DNA of 64,000 nucleotides from an uncultured Bacilli bacterium (GTDB lineage Bacteria; Bacillota_I; Bacilli_A; RF39; UBA660): NCBI GenBank assembly GCA_947629935.1, contig CANRFQ010000002.1, positions 33,638 to 97,637 of the forward strand, read 5' to 3'. Shown piece by piece: positions 32,445 to 42,364 of this stretch (position 1 is its first letter; each line of letters starts with the position of its first letter). The notes under the pieces were generated by a model. It saw only the letters and a program-made list of their open reading frames with translations, ran no database searches and was not told where the DNA came from. The position numbers and the translations under genes were made by a program.

Positions 32445-33580
32445 TAGCAATCCTCCTTTAAATTTAAATTTATTTTGGCTGGACAAACATAACTACATAA
32501 ATTACAACCATTACATCTTTCTAAATATTCCTTAGGAATTTTAGGTAAATTTTTGAGATATTTAGGATTTAAATTACGCGGACAGCATTCATAACATAAT
32601 CCACAGTTTAAACAAGGCTGAACTAAGTAATTATCTTTAGGCATTAAAAAGATACTTTCCAAATCATTAGTTACTATCATCTTTGAAATATTAAGGTATT
32701 TACCTTTCATTAAACCATTAATAATTATTTTATATTCTTGATCATTTTTTAACTCTACTTTTTTTAAAACGTCAGATACTAAAGTACCCAATTTAACATT
32801 AATTACCTTGGGTTTTTTTACTCCTAACCCACTTATCGTAATATATTTTTTAGTTGTCAATCTATTCTTTTTTAGTAAATTATAAATGACAATAATATCT
32901 TTAACATCTAAAAAACTATAATTACTTTCTGCATTAAATAAAAAGTTTTGTAAATTTACATTATCTTCTAAACCATAGTAATTTGGGACTAATTTTAATT
33001 TAATTTGCGGATAGCGACCAATATTATTAATTATCTTACCCACGCTATTAGCATCATTATTTTTTAAGACAATATATACTTTTGGCAAATCTAAAGTTTT
33101 TCTTAAAAGATCAACAGTTTGTAAAATATTGTCAGTTTTCTTTTCGAGTAACATAACTTTATTAGCTACATAAATATCATCTTCTATAGCATTTATAACT
33201 AAGTTTTCTTCGATATTATCTAAAAAATATAAGTTATATTTATGAAGAATATTTAATATTTCCTCTTTTTGATATTCATTAAATTTTTGTTTATGTAATG
33301 AAACTTCTTTAAATCTTTCTTTACCATCATTTTTTATAACTAAACACTGAATTTTATGATCTATGGCATCTACACAGTCCTGAATACCTAATATATTACC
33401 AGATACAGGAGCATAAACATCTTGTGCCAGTTCTTGTTCTTTATATATATAATCATTAGATTTAATTTTTAAAGTTTTAAAATCATTTATAGGTACATAA
33501 ATATATTCTGAATCGATAAATTCGGTTACATAGGTAGATACTTTTAAGTCATATTCATTTTTAATACTTACATACCTCAC
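32444..33580 (-). CDS. rnfC: RnfC-like Fe-S protein (degenerate)
   Basis: YAPVSG, SLBB-like KYITISG...VKLGT, two 4Fe-4S motifs CLNCGLCYECCP and CNGCNLCSYVCP. Confidence 0.8.
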   Translation of the reverse strand: MRYVSIKNEYDLKVSTYVTEFIDSEYIYVPINDFKTLKIKSNDYIYKEQELAQDVYAPVSGNILGIQDCVDAIDHKIQCLVIKNDGKERFKEVSLHKQKFNEYQKEEILNILHKYNLYFLDNIEENLVINAIEDDIYVANKVMLLEKKTDNILQTVDLLRKTLDLPKVYIVLKNNDANSVGKIINNIGRYPQIKLKLVPNYYGLEDNVNLQNFLFNAESNYSFLDVKDIIVIYNLLKKNRLTTKKYITISGLGVKKPKVINVKLGTLVSDVLKKVELKNDQEYKIIINGLMKGKYLNISKMIVTNDLESIFLMPKDNYLVQPCLNCGLCYECCPRNLNPKYLKNLPKIPKEYLERCNGCNLCSYVCPAKINLNLKEDC

Positions 33581-33938
33581 AATTACCACCTAATAATAAA
33601 TTAACACTTAAAATATTTATTAGCAATATAAATTTAAAAAATAAGATAGATAATAAGTAATTATTTTATTACAAAGGGTTAAGCTGATTACGCCATTTAT
33701 ATTTTGCCTTTTGTCGATGTTCCAGTGACCATAATATTTTAATAACCTCAGCTGAAGTTTGCTAAACAAATAAAACCTCATCATTTAATGAACGGTTTTA
33801 ATATATTTTTATTACTTAGTCTTTTATAATATTTACTCAAATATTATTTGATATTATCTAACCTAAATAAAGTATATAATATTTATTTCTATAAGTGCAT
33901 AAGTCCTAATTAAATCAATTACCTAAAAATAATATAAA

Positions 33939-34223
33939 TTAATTTTCATACATAATCTCAATTAAAGATGAGTCTGCTCCTAATTTTTCTACAAATTCAT
34001 CGCCTAAAACATTTTTCAAATGTTCAAACTTTTTGATAAAAACATCATACGGATACAAAAATAAATCTAATGAATTCAAAAATAAATCTTTAAAATAATA
34101 TACCCCGTTACTATTTAAATAAGCAAAAATTTTAGATATATTTTCTGGATTTATTTGTTTTATTAAATCTTCGTCAAAATTTTCTTTCAATATTTTAATA
34201 TCTATCTCATTTAATCCACTCAT
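33939..34223 (-). CDS. Small mTERF-like helical protein coupled to the repeat protein
   Basis: ATGA overlap with the upstream stop, AAGGA RBS; NISKIFAYLNSNGV..KDLFLNSLDLFL pattern. Confidence 0.65.
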   Translation of the reverse strand: MSGLNEIDIKILKENFDEDLIKQINPENISKIFAYLNSNGVYYFKDLFLNSLDLFLYPYDVFIKKFEHLKNVLGDEFVEKLGADSSLIEIMYEN

Positions 34224-35858
34224 TTTTTAATTCCTTTACTCAACATTTTAATCTTATTTATACTTAGTGGGTATTTAACAATTAATTCATTAATATCAAT
34301 ATTATATTTTTTTCTTAATTTTCCTGGTTGACACCCAAATATTGGATTTAATTTGCCATTTATTATTAAAGGTATATGTTTTTCATTCAAATATTGTATT
34401 AAAGCATAATTTTGTGATGGAGACTTAAGCAAAAATACTGTATTTAAATATCTATCAATCCCATAGTCTTCGGAAATTTGTATTAAAATAGGTAATTTAG
34501 AAATCATTGATTTACTTTTTGCTACAATTGATGAGGTTAATATATTTTTAAATCTTCCATATTTCCAACATTCCATATTTAATAATTGTCGTATCTCTTC
34601 TATTTTTGCATGCGCTAATGTTGTTGAGGTAAATAACTCTGGATGTTCTTTGAACTCGGGACTGTGAATCATCTTTCGTATTTCTTCTATGTTAGTACGC
34701 GCTAATGTGGTTGAGGAAAATAACTCTGGATGTTCTTTGAACTCAGGACTGTGAATCATTTGTTGTATCTCTTCTAGCATACGCTAATGTTGTTGAGGTA
34801 AATAGCTCTGGATGTTCTTTAAACTCAAGACTGTGAATCATCTTTCGTACATCTTCTATATGAGTACACGCTAATGTTGTTGAGGTAAATAACTCTGGAT
34901 ATTCTTTAAACTCAGAACTGTGAATCATCTTTCGTATTTCTTCTATGTTAGATTTTGCTAATGTGGTTGAGGTAAATAACTCTGGATGTTCTTTAAACTC
35001 AGAACTGTGAATCATCTGTCGTACATCTTCTATATGAGTACACGCTAATGTGGTTGAGGTAAATAACTCTGGATATTCTTTAAACTCAGAACTGTGAATC
35101 ATCTTTCGTATTTCTTCTATGTTAGATTTTGCTAGTGTATCTGAGGTAAATAACTCTGGATGTTCTTTAAACTCAGAACTGTGAATCATCTGTCGTACAT
35201 CTTCTATGTTAGTACGTGCTAATGTTGTTGAGGTAAATAACTCTGGATGTTCCTTAAACTCGGAACTGTGAATCATCTCTCGTATCTCTTTTATTTTAGC
35301 GTGTGCTAATGTTGTTGAGGTAAATAACTCTGGATGTTCTTTAAACTCGGGACTGTGAATCACCTGTCGTATTTCTTCTATATTAGTAAATTCCCATCCA
35401 ATTCCAACGGCAACTGAAAGATTTCCCACCTTATTTGTAAAAGGTATATTCAATTTTTCAACATCTATAATTATATTTTTTGACACAGATAATATACTGG
35501 TTATTTTATTAATAATATCTTCATTATAATTAAATTTAACATAATTATAAGTTTCCATTAATTCATTTGGTTCTGTAGATAGAACATGTAAGCAAGATTC
35601 AATATTATCAAAAACTACCCCCTGATTGTTTAAAAAAATTACATTTTGTTGTATGGTATTAACACTTTTACATAAAATGCTTGGACACTTTTCTATATTA
35701 TTTGGATCAATATGAAGTGTATTAATTAAATAATCTAATGTTTGATCTATATTTTGATAATCACCATAATTTAAAATATTATTATTTTTATTAACAAGTT
35801 TTTCTGAATTCAATTTATATTTTTCACATAACATTTTTAAAGTATATTTATCTATCAT
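34220..35858 (-). pseudogene. mTERF-like tandem-repeat protein, frameshifted by a 5-nt deletion in repeat 7 (repaired length ~547 aa)
   Basis: ORFs 34743-35882 and 34220-34780 join into one repeat protein; repeat period is 87 bp except 82 bp across ~34780; AGGTGGG RBS before ATG 35858. Confidence 0.8.
34590..35390 (-). repeat. Nine 87-bp coding tandem repeats (29 aa: [T/A/S][N/K/H]IEEIRxMIHSxEFKEHPELFTSTTLAx)
   Basis: ACTGTGAATC anchor at 34661, 34748, 34830, 34917 and onward. Confidence 0.95.
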
Positions 35859-36016
35859 TTTAATATCCCACCTGAAGAACATTTATTATATAAATTAATG
35901 ATTTATATATAACAATAAATTTTTAATGTATATTACCACATATTATTCCTTTATTGCAACTAGTAGTATAACCACAAAAGCAAAAAAAACATTAGTTTTT
36001 TACCAATGTTTTTAAC

Positions 36017-37795
36017 TTATCTGTTTTCATCTTGTTCCTTAAAATATTTAAGTAAATTAATAGCGGCTTGTTCTGGAATAATTTCCCTAAGTTCTTCTTT
36101 AGAAGCCTCTTTTATTTTAGCAACACTCCCATATTTTTTTATAAGTTCTTTTTTTCTTACTTTTCCTATTCCTTCGATATTATCTAAAACACTAGAAATA
36201 CTACCTTTACTACGGATTGTCTTATGATAAGTAATAGTATATCTATGTACTTCATCTTGAATACGCGTCAAGTAATGAAAAACATTACTAGTAGGATCAA
36301 GAGGAATATCATTATAATTTAAACTATCAATTAATTCATTAGTTCGGTGTTTATCATTTTTCTTTAACCCACAAACGCGAATATTAAGTTTTAATGCATT
36401 TAAAATATCTAAGCAAGCATTAATTTGATTAATTCCCCCATCAACTATAATTAAATCAGGAAGTTCGCTTTTATTTATTAAAGCTTTGTAGTATCTTCGA
36501 TAAATAACTTCTTGCATAGTATGATAATCATCATTTTTTTCTGTACTTATTTTATATTTCCGATATTCATTTTTAGCCGGTTTACCATTTTTAAAGACAA
36601 CCATTCCACTTACGGAAAAAGAGCCAAAAAGATTTGAGTTATCAAAAGCATCAATGCGATCTAGCTTATCTAACATTAAAATTTTTTTTAATTCTTCATT
36701 AGCACCATATGTTCTTTTCTCATCGCGAATGATAGTTTCAAATTTATTTTCTAAAGCTATTTTTGCATTAGTTTTTACCATATCTAAAAGTTTCTTTTTA
36801 ATTCCTTTTACACTAGTTACTACTTTAGCATTAAGTAAATCACTTAAAATTTCAATATCTAAATTATTAGCTACAATTATTTCTTTAGGTATTTCATGTT
36901 TTTGATAATAAGTAGCAATATATGTTTCTACTGTATCTACTTCTTCGGTAATTAAAGGAAAAATTTCACTATGATGACCTATTAACTTACCATTTCTTAA
37001 GAAAAATATTTGCATACTAATATAACCTTTATCAAAATAATAATTAATAATATCTCGATTAATAAAATCATGCAGTTCAACTTTTTGTTTATCAATTACA
37101 ACACTTAAATAATCTAATTCTTTTTTTAATTCTAGCGCCTTTTCATAATTTAACTTTTCACTATAAAACGCAATTTTCTCTTTTATTTTATCTTTTAATA
37201 TATTATCATTTCCTCGTAAAAATGACAGAATTTCTTGTTCCATTTTGGCTAACTTTTCCGAATCAACCTTTTTGACGCAATATCCTAAACACTCCTCTAT
37301 ATGATAGTATAAACAAAGTTCTTTAGGGTTACCTTCACATTTTTTTAAAGGATATAAACGATTTAATAAATTAACTATTCTCCGCGCGGCATAGGCATTA
37401 GGATATGGTCCAAATAGCATTTTTTTATCTTTCTTTTTTAAATTATGATAACGGACAATTTTAAGGCGCGGATAGGGTTTAGATATATATTCAATATAGG
37501 GATAAGTTTTATCATCTTTTAGTAAAATATTATATTTAGGATCGTGAAGTTTAATTAAATTTAATTCTAAGACAAAAGCTTCAACTTCACTAGTTGTTAC
37601 AATATATTCAAAATCAGCTATTTCCGAAACTAAAATGGCAGTTTTACCCGTAACTCTTCCGGTAAAATAAGAACTTAAACGATTTTTTAAATCTTTAGCC
37701 TTACCAACGTATATAATAATGCCCTCTTTATTTTTCATTTGGTAAGAACCAGGTAAATGCGGCACGAGTTTAAGTTTATCTTTTATCTTATCCAT
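36017..37795 (-). CDS. uvrC: Excinuclease ABC subunit C
   Basis: PGSY.MKN...IIYVGKAKDL, FDNSN, PDLIIVDGG, RIQDEVHR. Confidence 0.97.
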   Translation of the reverse strand: MDKIKDKLKLVPHLPGSYQMKNKEGIIIYVGKAKDLKNRLSSYFTGRVTGKTAILVSEIADFEYIVTTSEVEAFVLELNLIKLHDPKYNILLKDDKTYPYIEYISKPYPRLKIVRYHNLKKKDKKMLFGPYPNAYAARRIVNLLNRLYPLKKCEGNPKELCLYYHIEECLGYCVKKVDSEKLAKMEQEILSFLRGNDNILKDKIKEKIAFYSEKLNYEKALELKKELDYLSVVIDKQKVELHDFINRDIINYYFDKGYISMQIFFLRNGKLIGHHSEIFPLITEEVDTVETYIATYYQKHEIPKEIIVANNLDIEILSDLLNAKVVTSVKGIKKKLLDMVKTNAKIALENKFETIIRDEKRTYGANEELKKILMLDKLDRIDAFDNSNLFGSFSVSGMVVFKNGKPAKNEYRKYKISTEKNDDYHTMQEVIYRRYYKALINKSELPDLIIVDGGINQINACLDILNALKLNIRVCGLKKNDKHRTNELIDSLNYNDIPLDPTSNVFHYLTRIQDEVHRYTITYHKTIRSKGSISSVLDNIEGIGKVRKKELIKKYGSVAKIKEASKEELREIIPEQAAINLLKYFKEQDENR

Positions 37796-37838
37796 ATATT
37801 TTTCCTCCTTTTTTATTGTATCACAAAAAAAAGACTTA

Positions 37839-38321
37839 TTATTTAGTTAAAAGTCTTTCTAAAGGATTTTGTTCTTTTTGGGGATAGTTCATATTAAATT
37901 TTTTTAAGGTTTGGTTAATTAAATAACATCGATTAACATCGATTAACAAATCCACAATCCAGTCTACTTTTTTTCCAAAATCATTTAATTTTGTAAATTG
38001 CTCATAAGTATCATCAGTAATATATTTTTTAAAACTATAATTACTATAATATAAGTAATTTATAAATATATAAGTCGCTGAGGCTTCGTTAATATTTTCT
38101 GCATATCGCAATTTATTACAACTATCAAAATATTTAGCTACCTCTTCATAGATACCAGAACTAGAAATTTTCTGATCAATAAAATCATATTGATTCATGC
38201 CAATTTCCCTAACATATACTAAATGGGGATATAAATCAGCTAATGCTTTTTTCATTGATCTATCTTTTTTATTAAAATGTTTTAGAACTATATCTAAAAT
38301 GTTTAGATTTTTATCAGCCAT
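37839..38321 (-). CDS. Hypothetical protein
   Basis: 160-aa ORF coupled to the upstream gene. Confidence 0.6.
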   Translation of the reverse strand: MADKNLNILDIVLKHFNKKDRSMKKALADLYPHLVYVREIGMNQYDFIDQKISSSGIYEEVAKYFDSCNKLRYAENINEASATYIFINYLYYSNYSFKKYITDDTYEQFTKLNDFGKKVDWIVDLLIDVNRCYLINQTLKKFNMNYPQKEQNPLERLLTK

Positions 38322-38743
38322 TATTTATCCACCTTTGCTAAATAAGCTTTGACAATATTTTCATTTTGTAAGGCTTCTCGTTGTTCTTGTAAAATTTCAT
38401 CAAATACTTGATTAATGATTTTTCTTCTTTCAATATCACCCAAAATAGCTATGCGCGCTGATGTACTGGGATTTTCATAATGCTTAGAAGTCACAATTGG
38501 AAATAATAATTTGGCAAAATTAGGAGTGTTTAAAAGAGCTAAAATTATATCTTCATTCATAATGGTATTAATATTACCTTTTATACCAAATGGATTTGTA
38601 TTATATATTTTTAGTTCATTTAACATATTATCTGAAGCTTCTAAATTTTCTGAATATACTATTTTTAAATCCTTTAAATTTTTATGTATTTCTTCTATCA
38701 AACCTCGATAAACTTTTAAATATATTTTATTATAGTTTTTCAT
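38321..38743 (-). CDS. Hypothetical protein
   Basis: GGAGG RBS before ATG 38743. Confidence 0.6.
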   Translation of the reverse strand: MKNYNKIYLKVYRGLIEEIHKNLKDLKIVYSENLEASDNMLNELKIYNTNPFGIKGNINTIMNEDIILALLNTPNFAKLLFPIVTSKHYENPSTSARIAILGDIERRKIINQVFDEILQEQREALQNENIVKAYLAKVDK

Positions 38744-38835
38744 ATTTCCTCCATTAGTGCTTAATATCATAACACATATATTTTACTTTAACAAGTTGTT
38801 TTTTTAAGGTATAATTTTCTTGAGTTGAGGTAATT

Positions 38836-39195
38836 ATGAAAATATTAAATCAAATTGAATTAGTTGTTAAAAAATCAAAGTTTGTTAGTATTATGTATGA
38901 GGTTAATGATGAAGAGGAAATTAAAGATATTATCACTATCTTAAAAAAAGAACATAAAAAAGCTCGTCATATTCCGTATGCATATAAAATTGACATGCAT
39001 GTAAAAAAAAGTGATGATAAAGAGCCTGCAAATACTGCCGGAAGTCCTATTTTAAACATAATTGAAAAGAAAAAATTAAATCATGCATTAATTGTCGTAA
39101 TCCGTTATTTTGGGGGAATAAAATTAGGAGCTGGCGGTTTAATAAGAGCCTATGGAGAAGCAGCCAATATGGTAAGTAATTTGAACGAGGAATAA
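38836..39195 (+). CDS. YigZ/IMPACT-family protein (N-terminal domain only)
   Basis: KKSKF, ARH..YAY, SDDKEPANTAG, RYFGGIKLGAGGLIRAY. Confidence 0.9.
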   Translation: MKILNQIELVVKKSKFVSIMYEVNDEEEIKDIITILKKEHKKARHIPYAYKIDMHVKKSDDKEPANTAGSPILNIIEKKKLNHALIVVIRYFGGIKLGAGGLIRAYGEAANMVSNLNEE

Positions 39196-39201
39196 AGTTT
39201 T

Positions 39202-40359
39202 TTATAAAGCTTCTATTTCCCGTTTATTTTTTAATGTTTTATTTTCAATTGCTACCCTTTGAACAACAAAAAGCATAAATAAGACATTTAAGTTAAAGCT
39301 TCCTCCATATGATAATAGTGGTAAAGGAACACCAGTTAAGGGAATTAATGCTAAAATACCCAATAAATTAATTAAGATATGTAATAAAAGGAATAAGAAA
39401 GTTCCATAACAGAGAATAGAACCTCGTAATGTTTCCGCTTCTTTACTTATTTTTAAAATTCGATATAACATATAAGCATAGCCTAATATAATTATAATCG
39501 AAACAATTAATCCTAGTTCCTCAATGATAATTGCAAAAATAAAATCCGTATGGGCTTCTGGTAAATATAAATATTTTTGCGTAGAATTACCTAACCCAAC
39601 TCCAGTTAATCCTCCATTATGAATAGCTATAAAGCCATTACATACTTGGTAACCAGTTTCTTCCATATATCTAGTGCAAGGTTCTTTGAATTGTAAGCGA
39701 GATAATTGATAATCACTCAGTAAATTATTACCAAAATACATTACAGCAATACCAGCGATGATTGCCCCTATTCCTAAAACTTTAACAAAGAGGGCTTTAT
39801 TATTGCGTCGCATTGGAATACCAAAAAATATAAAGAAAACTATTCCCCCAACTATTAAAGCTCCTCCTAAATCGGGTTGCAATAATATTAAAGCAAAAAT
39901 TACTACACAAATAGATAGCGGTTTGATAAAAGCTAAGGGCTTTGTCTGTTTCTTTTTAATTTGCGTATTAAAGAAAACTGCCAAATATATAATAACGACA
40001 CTTTTAGCAAATTCAGTGGGCTGAATATTAATTGGTCCTAATTTATACCAACTTTGCGCGCCATTAGAAATTTGCCCATACATTCTTAAGCCAATTAAAC
40101 TAGCAATAATTCCTATTAAAAGTAAAGGAACAAAAACTTTATATTTACTAGTCGGCATTCTTAAAATAAAAACAAAGCCTATGAAAAAGCCAGCGAAAAT
40201 AAATAGAGCTTGCCTAATAAAAAAATAGGATGAATTTTGATTATAACGAACAACAGCCGAAATCGATGAAGCCGAAAAAATCATAATTAATCCAAGAATA
40301 GAATATAAAATAGTCATAATAAGTAGGGGTTTATCAAGTTTTGCAAATAACTTTTTCAT
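39202..40359 (-). CDS. FtsW/RodA/SpoVE-family SEDS protein
   Basis: NGAQSW, IQPTEFAK, LQPDLG, YLPEAHTDFIF, LPLLSYGGS. Confidence 0.95.
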   Translation of the reverse strand: MKKLFAKLDKPLLIMTILYSILGLIMIFSASSISAVVRYNQNSSYFFIRQALFIFAGFFIGFVFILRMPTSKYKVFVPLLLIGIIASLIGLRMYGQISNGAQSWYKLGPINIQPTEFAKSVVIIYLAVFFNTQIKKKQTKPLAFIKPLSICVVIFALILLQPDLGGALIVGGIVFFIFFGIPMRRNNKALFVKVLGIGAIIAGIAVMYFGNNLLSDYQLSRLQFKEPCTRYMEETGYQVCNGFIAIHNGGLTGVGLGNSTQKYLYLPEAHTDFIFAIIIEELGLIVSIIIILGYAYMLYRILKISKEAETLRGSILCYGTFLFLLLHILINLLGILALIPLTGVPLPLLSYGGSFNLNVLFMLFVVQRVAIENKTLKNKREIEAL

Positions 40360-40490
40360 ATTCTCACCTATTATCATGATACCATATTTCCGAAAACGAT
40401 TAAACTAATTTTCAAAAATTAGGATTTTTTAATGTCAAAAAGAGAAAAGTATTAATACATTATAATAGATACATTAAAGGAGGTATATAT

Positions 40491-40661
40491 ATGTATTACT
40501 ATGGAAATAACGGCTACTACGGTGGCGGTTATGGTGCACCATGTGGCGGCGGATATGCTGGATATACTTCAGGTTACGGTATAGGTGCAGCTATCTGGAT
40601 TGTTTTATTTATTCTTCTAGTTATAATCATCGGTGCTGGATGGTGGAATAACAATAATTAA
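40491..40661 (+). CDS. YjcZ/SscA-like Gly/Tyr-rich sporulation miniprotein (56 aa), not in ORF track
   Basis: AAAGGAGG RBS; MYYYGNNGYYGGGYGAPCGG...IVLFILLVIIIGAGWW. Confidence 0.8.
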   Translation: MYYYGNNGYYGGGYGAPCGGGYAGYTSGYGIGAAIWIVLFILLVIIIGAGWWNNNN

Positions 40662-40668
40662 TAACAAT

Positions 40669-40694
40669 AAAAGGGCTTTTTGAAAGTCCTTTTT
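40669..40694. terminator. Bidirectional rho-independent terminator
   Basis: AAAAGGGCTTT-TTG-AAAGTCCTTTT hairpin between convergent genes. Confidence 0.6.
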
Positions 40695-41670
40695 ATGATG
40701 GCTTAGTTACTCTAATTATTTTACCCGGTCTAGAATCACTTTTAGCAAAATTATTTTTGGCAACTGGACCTCCATCGGAATTGCGCCAGTTATTTGCACT
40801 ACCACAATCATAAGCCATAACTGTCCCATCTGCCTCAACCGAAGCAATGATATTCATATGGCCATTATTATCCCCACTATCGCGAACTAATATATCGCCC
40901 GGTTGTAATTGCGATGTAACATCTTCGTTTGCTCCAAACGAAATTTCTTGCCAACCATAAGTTTCTTGCCAATTAGTATTAACAAATTGTTGGGTAATAT
41001 GCTGATAGCCTTGGAAATCATCATAGCCAAATTCGTAAAGAACCCAACTAACAAAAGAGCTGCAATCAATAGTAGATCCATTTGGCGGTATACTTGTTCC
41101 TCCATAAGAATAACTACCATTTACAACTTGTTGCCACAAACTGGCCGCTAATGAAAGAATATCACCATTAGCATAATTATAAGCTCCACTACCATTATTT
41201 TCATCGTAATTGTTATATTCATCATATGTTTGAATAATATCGCCAGTTTGATCATCAAAATGTTGATTATATCGTTCCGCATTAAAACTACCCGCAAAAT
41301 TGTTTCCTTGGCTTTCATATTTTAATAAATTTTGTTGTGTTAGACCTTTTAATTGCGTAATATACTCTTTATTTGCATTTTTTAAGCAATCATTTAATCC
41401 GACCAATACTCCTCCAAAATTAGTAACTACAGAAAAAATCAGATTGATTAAAGTCGGCAACATAAAAATCATAAAAGCACTTATTACACGAAAAGCAAAA
41501 GATTTTGTCTTTTCTCCCATAGAAGCTTTTTCAGGATTTACTACAGTTTGAAAATAATCATAAGCTCCAAAACCTATTAGAAGCACCGGTATAATTATTC
41601 TTAGGACCGTTATAAAAAATGATATAATTCGTACTCCCTCTAAAAAATGATAATCATTACAAAAAGTCAT
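40693..41670 (-). CDS. NlpC/P60 peptidase with N-terminal TrbC/VirB2 pilin-like two-TM domain
   Basis: YSYGG...IDCSSFVSWVL, LQPGDILV, GHMNII; N-terminal IIIPVLLIGFGAYD...RVISAFMIFMLP hairpin. Confidence 0.75.
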   Translation of the reverse strand: MTFCNDYHFLEGVRIISFFITVLRIIIPVLLIGFGAYDYFQTVVNPEKASMGEKTKSFAFRVISAFMIFMLPTLINLIFSVVTNFGGVLVGLNDCLKNANKEYITQLKGLTQQNLLKYESQGNNFAGSFNAERYNQHFDDQTGDIIQTYDEYNNYDENNGSGAYNYANGDILSLAASLWQQVVNGSYSYGGTSIPPNGSTIDCSSFVSWVLYEFGYDDFQGYQHITQQFVNTNWQETYGWQEISFGANEDVTSQLQPGDILVRDSGDNNGHMNIIASVEADGTVMAYDCGSANNWRNSDGGPVAKNNFAKSDSRPGKIIRVTKPS

Positions 41671-41782
41671 TAATATCACCTACTATATAAAAATATTATC
41701 TTATAATAAGAAAAAAAGCAATATGTCTTATTTGCTTTATTTTCAGATTTTTGTTAAAATATTGGCGTGGTTGGTGATATTA

Positions 41783-42334
41783 ATGCAATTACCGAAAATA
41801 AAAATATTTGATGAAAAAAATAAAATATTAAGACAAAAAAGTTCGGAAGTTTCTTTTCCTTTAACAGATAAACAAAAACAAGATATTAAAGATATGATTA
41901 CCTATTTGACCATGTCGCAAATAGATGAAGAAAGAGAAAAATACGATTTAAGAGCGGGCATGGGTTTGGCCTATGTTCAAATCGGTATTCCCAAAAGGAT
42001 ATTTGTTATTGTCGAAGAATTAGAAGATGGTAGTTTTAAAAACTATGTTGTTATTAATCCCAAAATTATCAGTCAAAGTGAAGAATTAATATATGTCGGT
42101 GAAGGTGAAGGATGTTTAAGTGTCAATCGTGAAGTAGAAGGCATTGTGCCAAGATGTGCCCGAATTACTGTACAAGCTTTTGATGAAAATGGCCAAGAAT
42201 ATCAAATTAGAGTAAGAGAAGATATAGCCGTGGCTTTTCAACATGAAATTGACCACTTAAATGGAATCTTATTTACGGATCGCATCGATAAAAACAATCC
42301 TTATAAAAATATCGATAAAATGCGCGAAATATAA
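41783..42334 (+). CDS. def: Peptide deformylase
   Basis: GMGLA.VQ, EGCLS, QHEIDHLNG. Confidence 0.96.
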   Translation: MQLPKIKIFDEKNKILRQKSSEVSFPLTDKQKQDIKDMITYLTMSQIDEEREKYDLRAGMGLAYVQIGIPKRIFVIVEELEDGSFKNYVVINPKIISQSEELIYVGEGEGCLSVNREVEGIVPRCARITVQAFDENGQEYQIRVREDIAVAFQHEIDHLNGILFTDRIDKNNPYKNIDKMREI

Positions 42335-42364
42335 AAATATACCATTATATAAAGGTATATTTTT

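Noticed and set aside
34590-35390. CRISPR array
   Set aside because: Units are contiguous 87-bp in-frame coding repeats with no unique spacers, and no cas genes are present.
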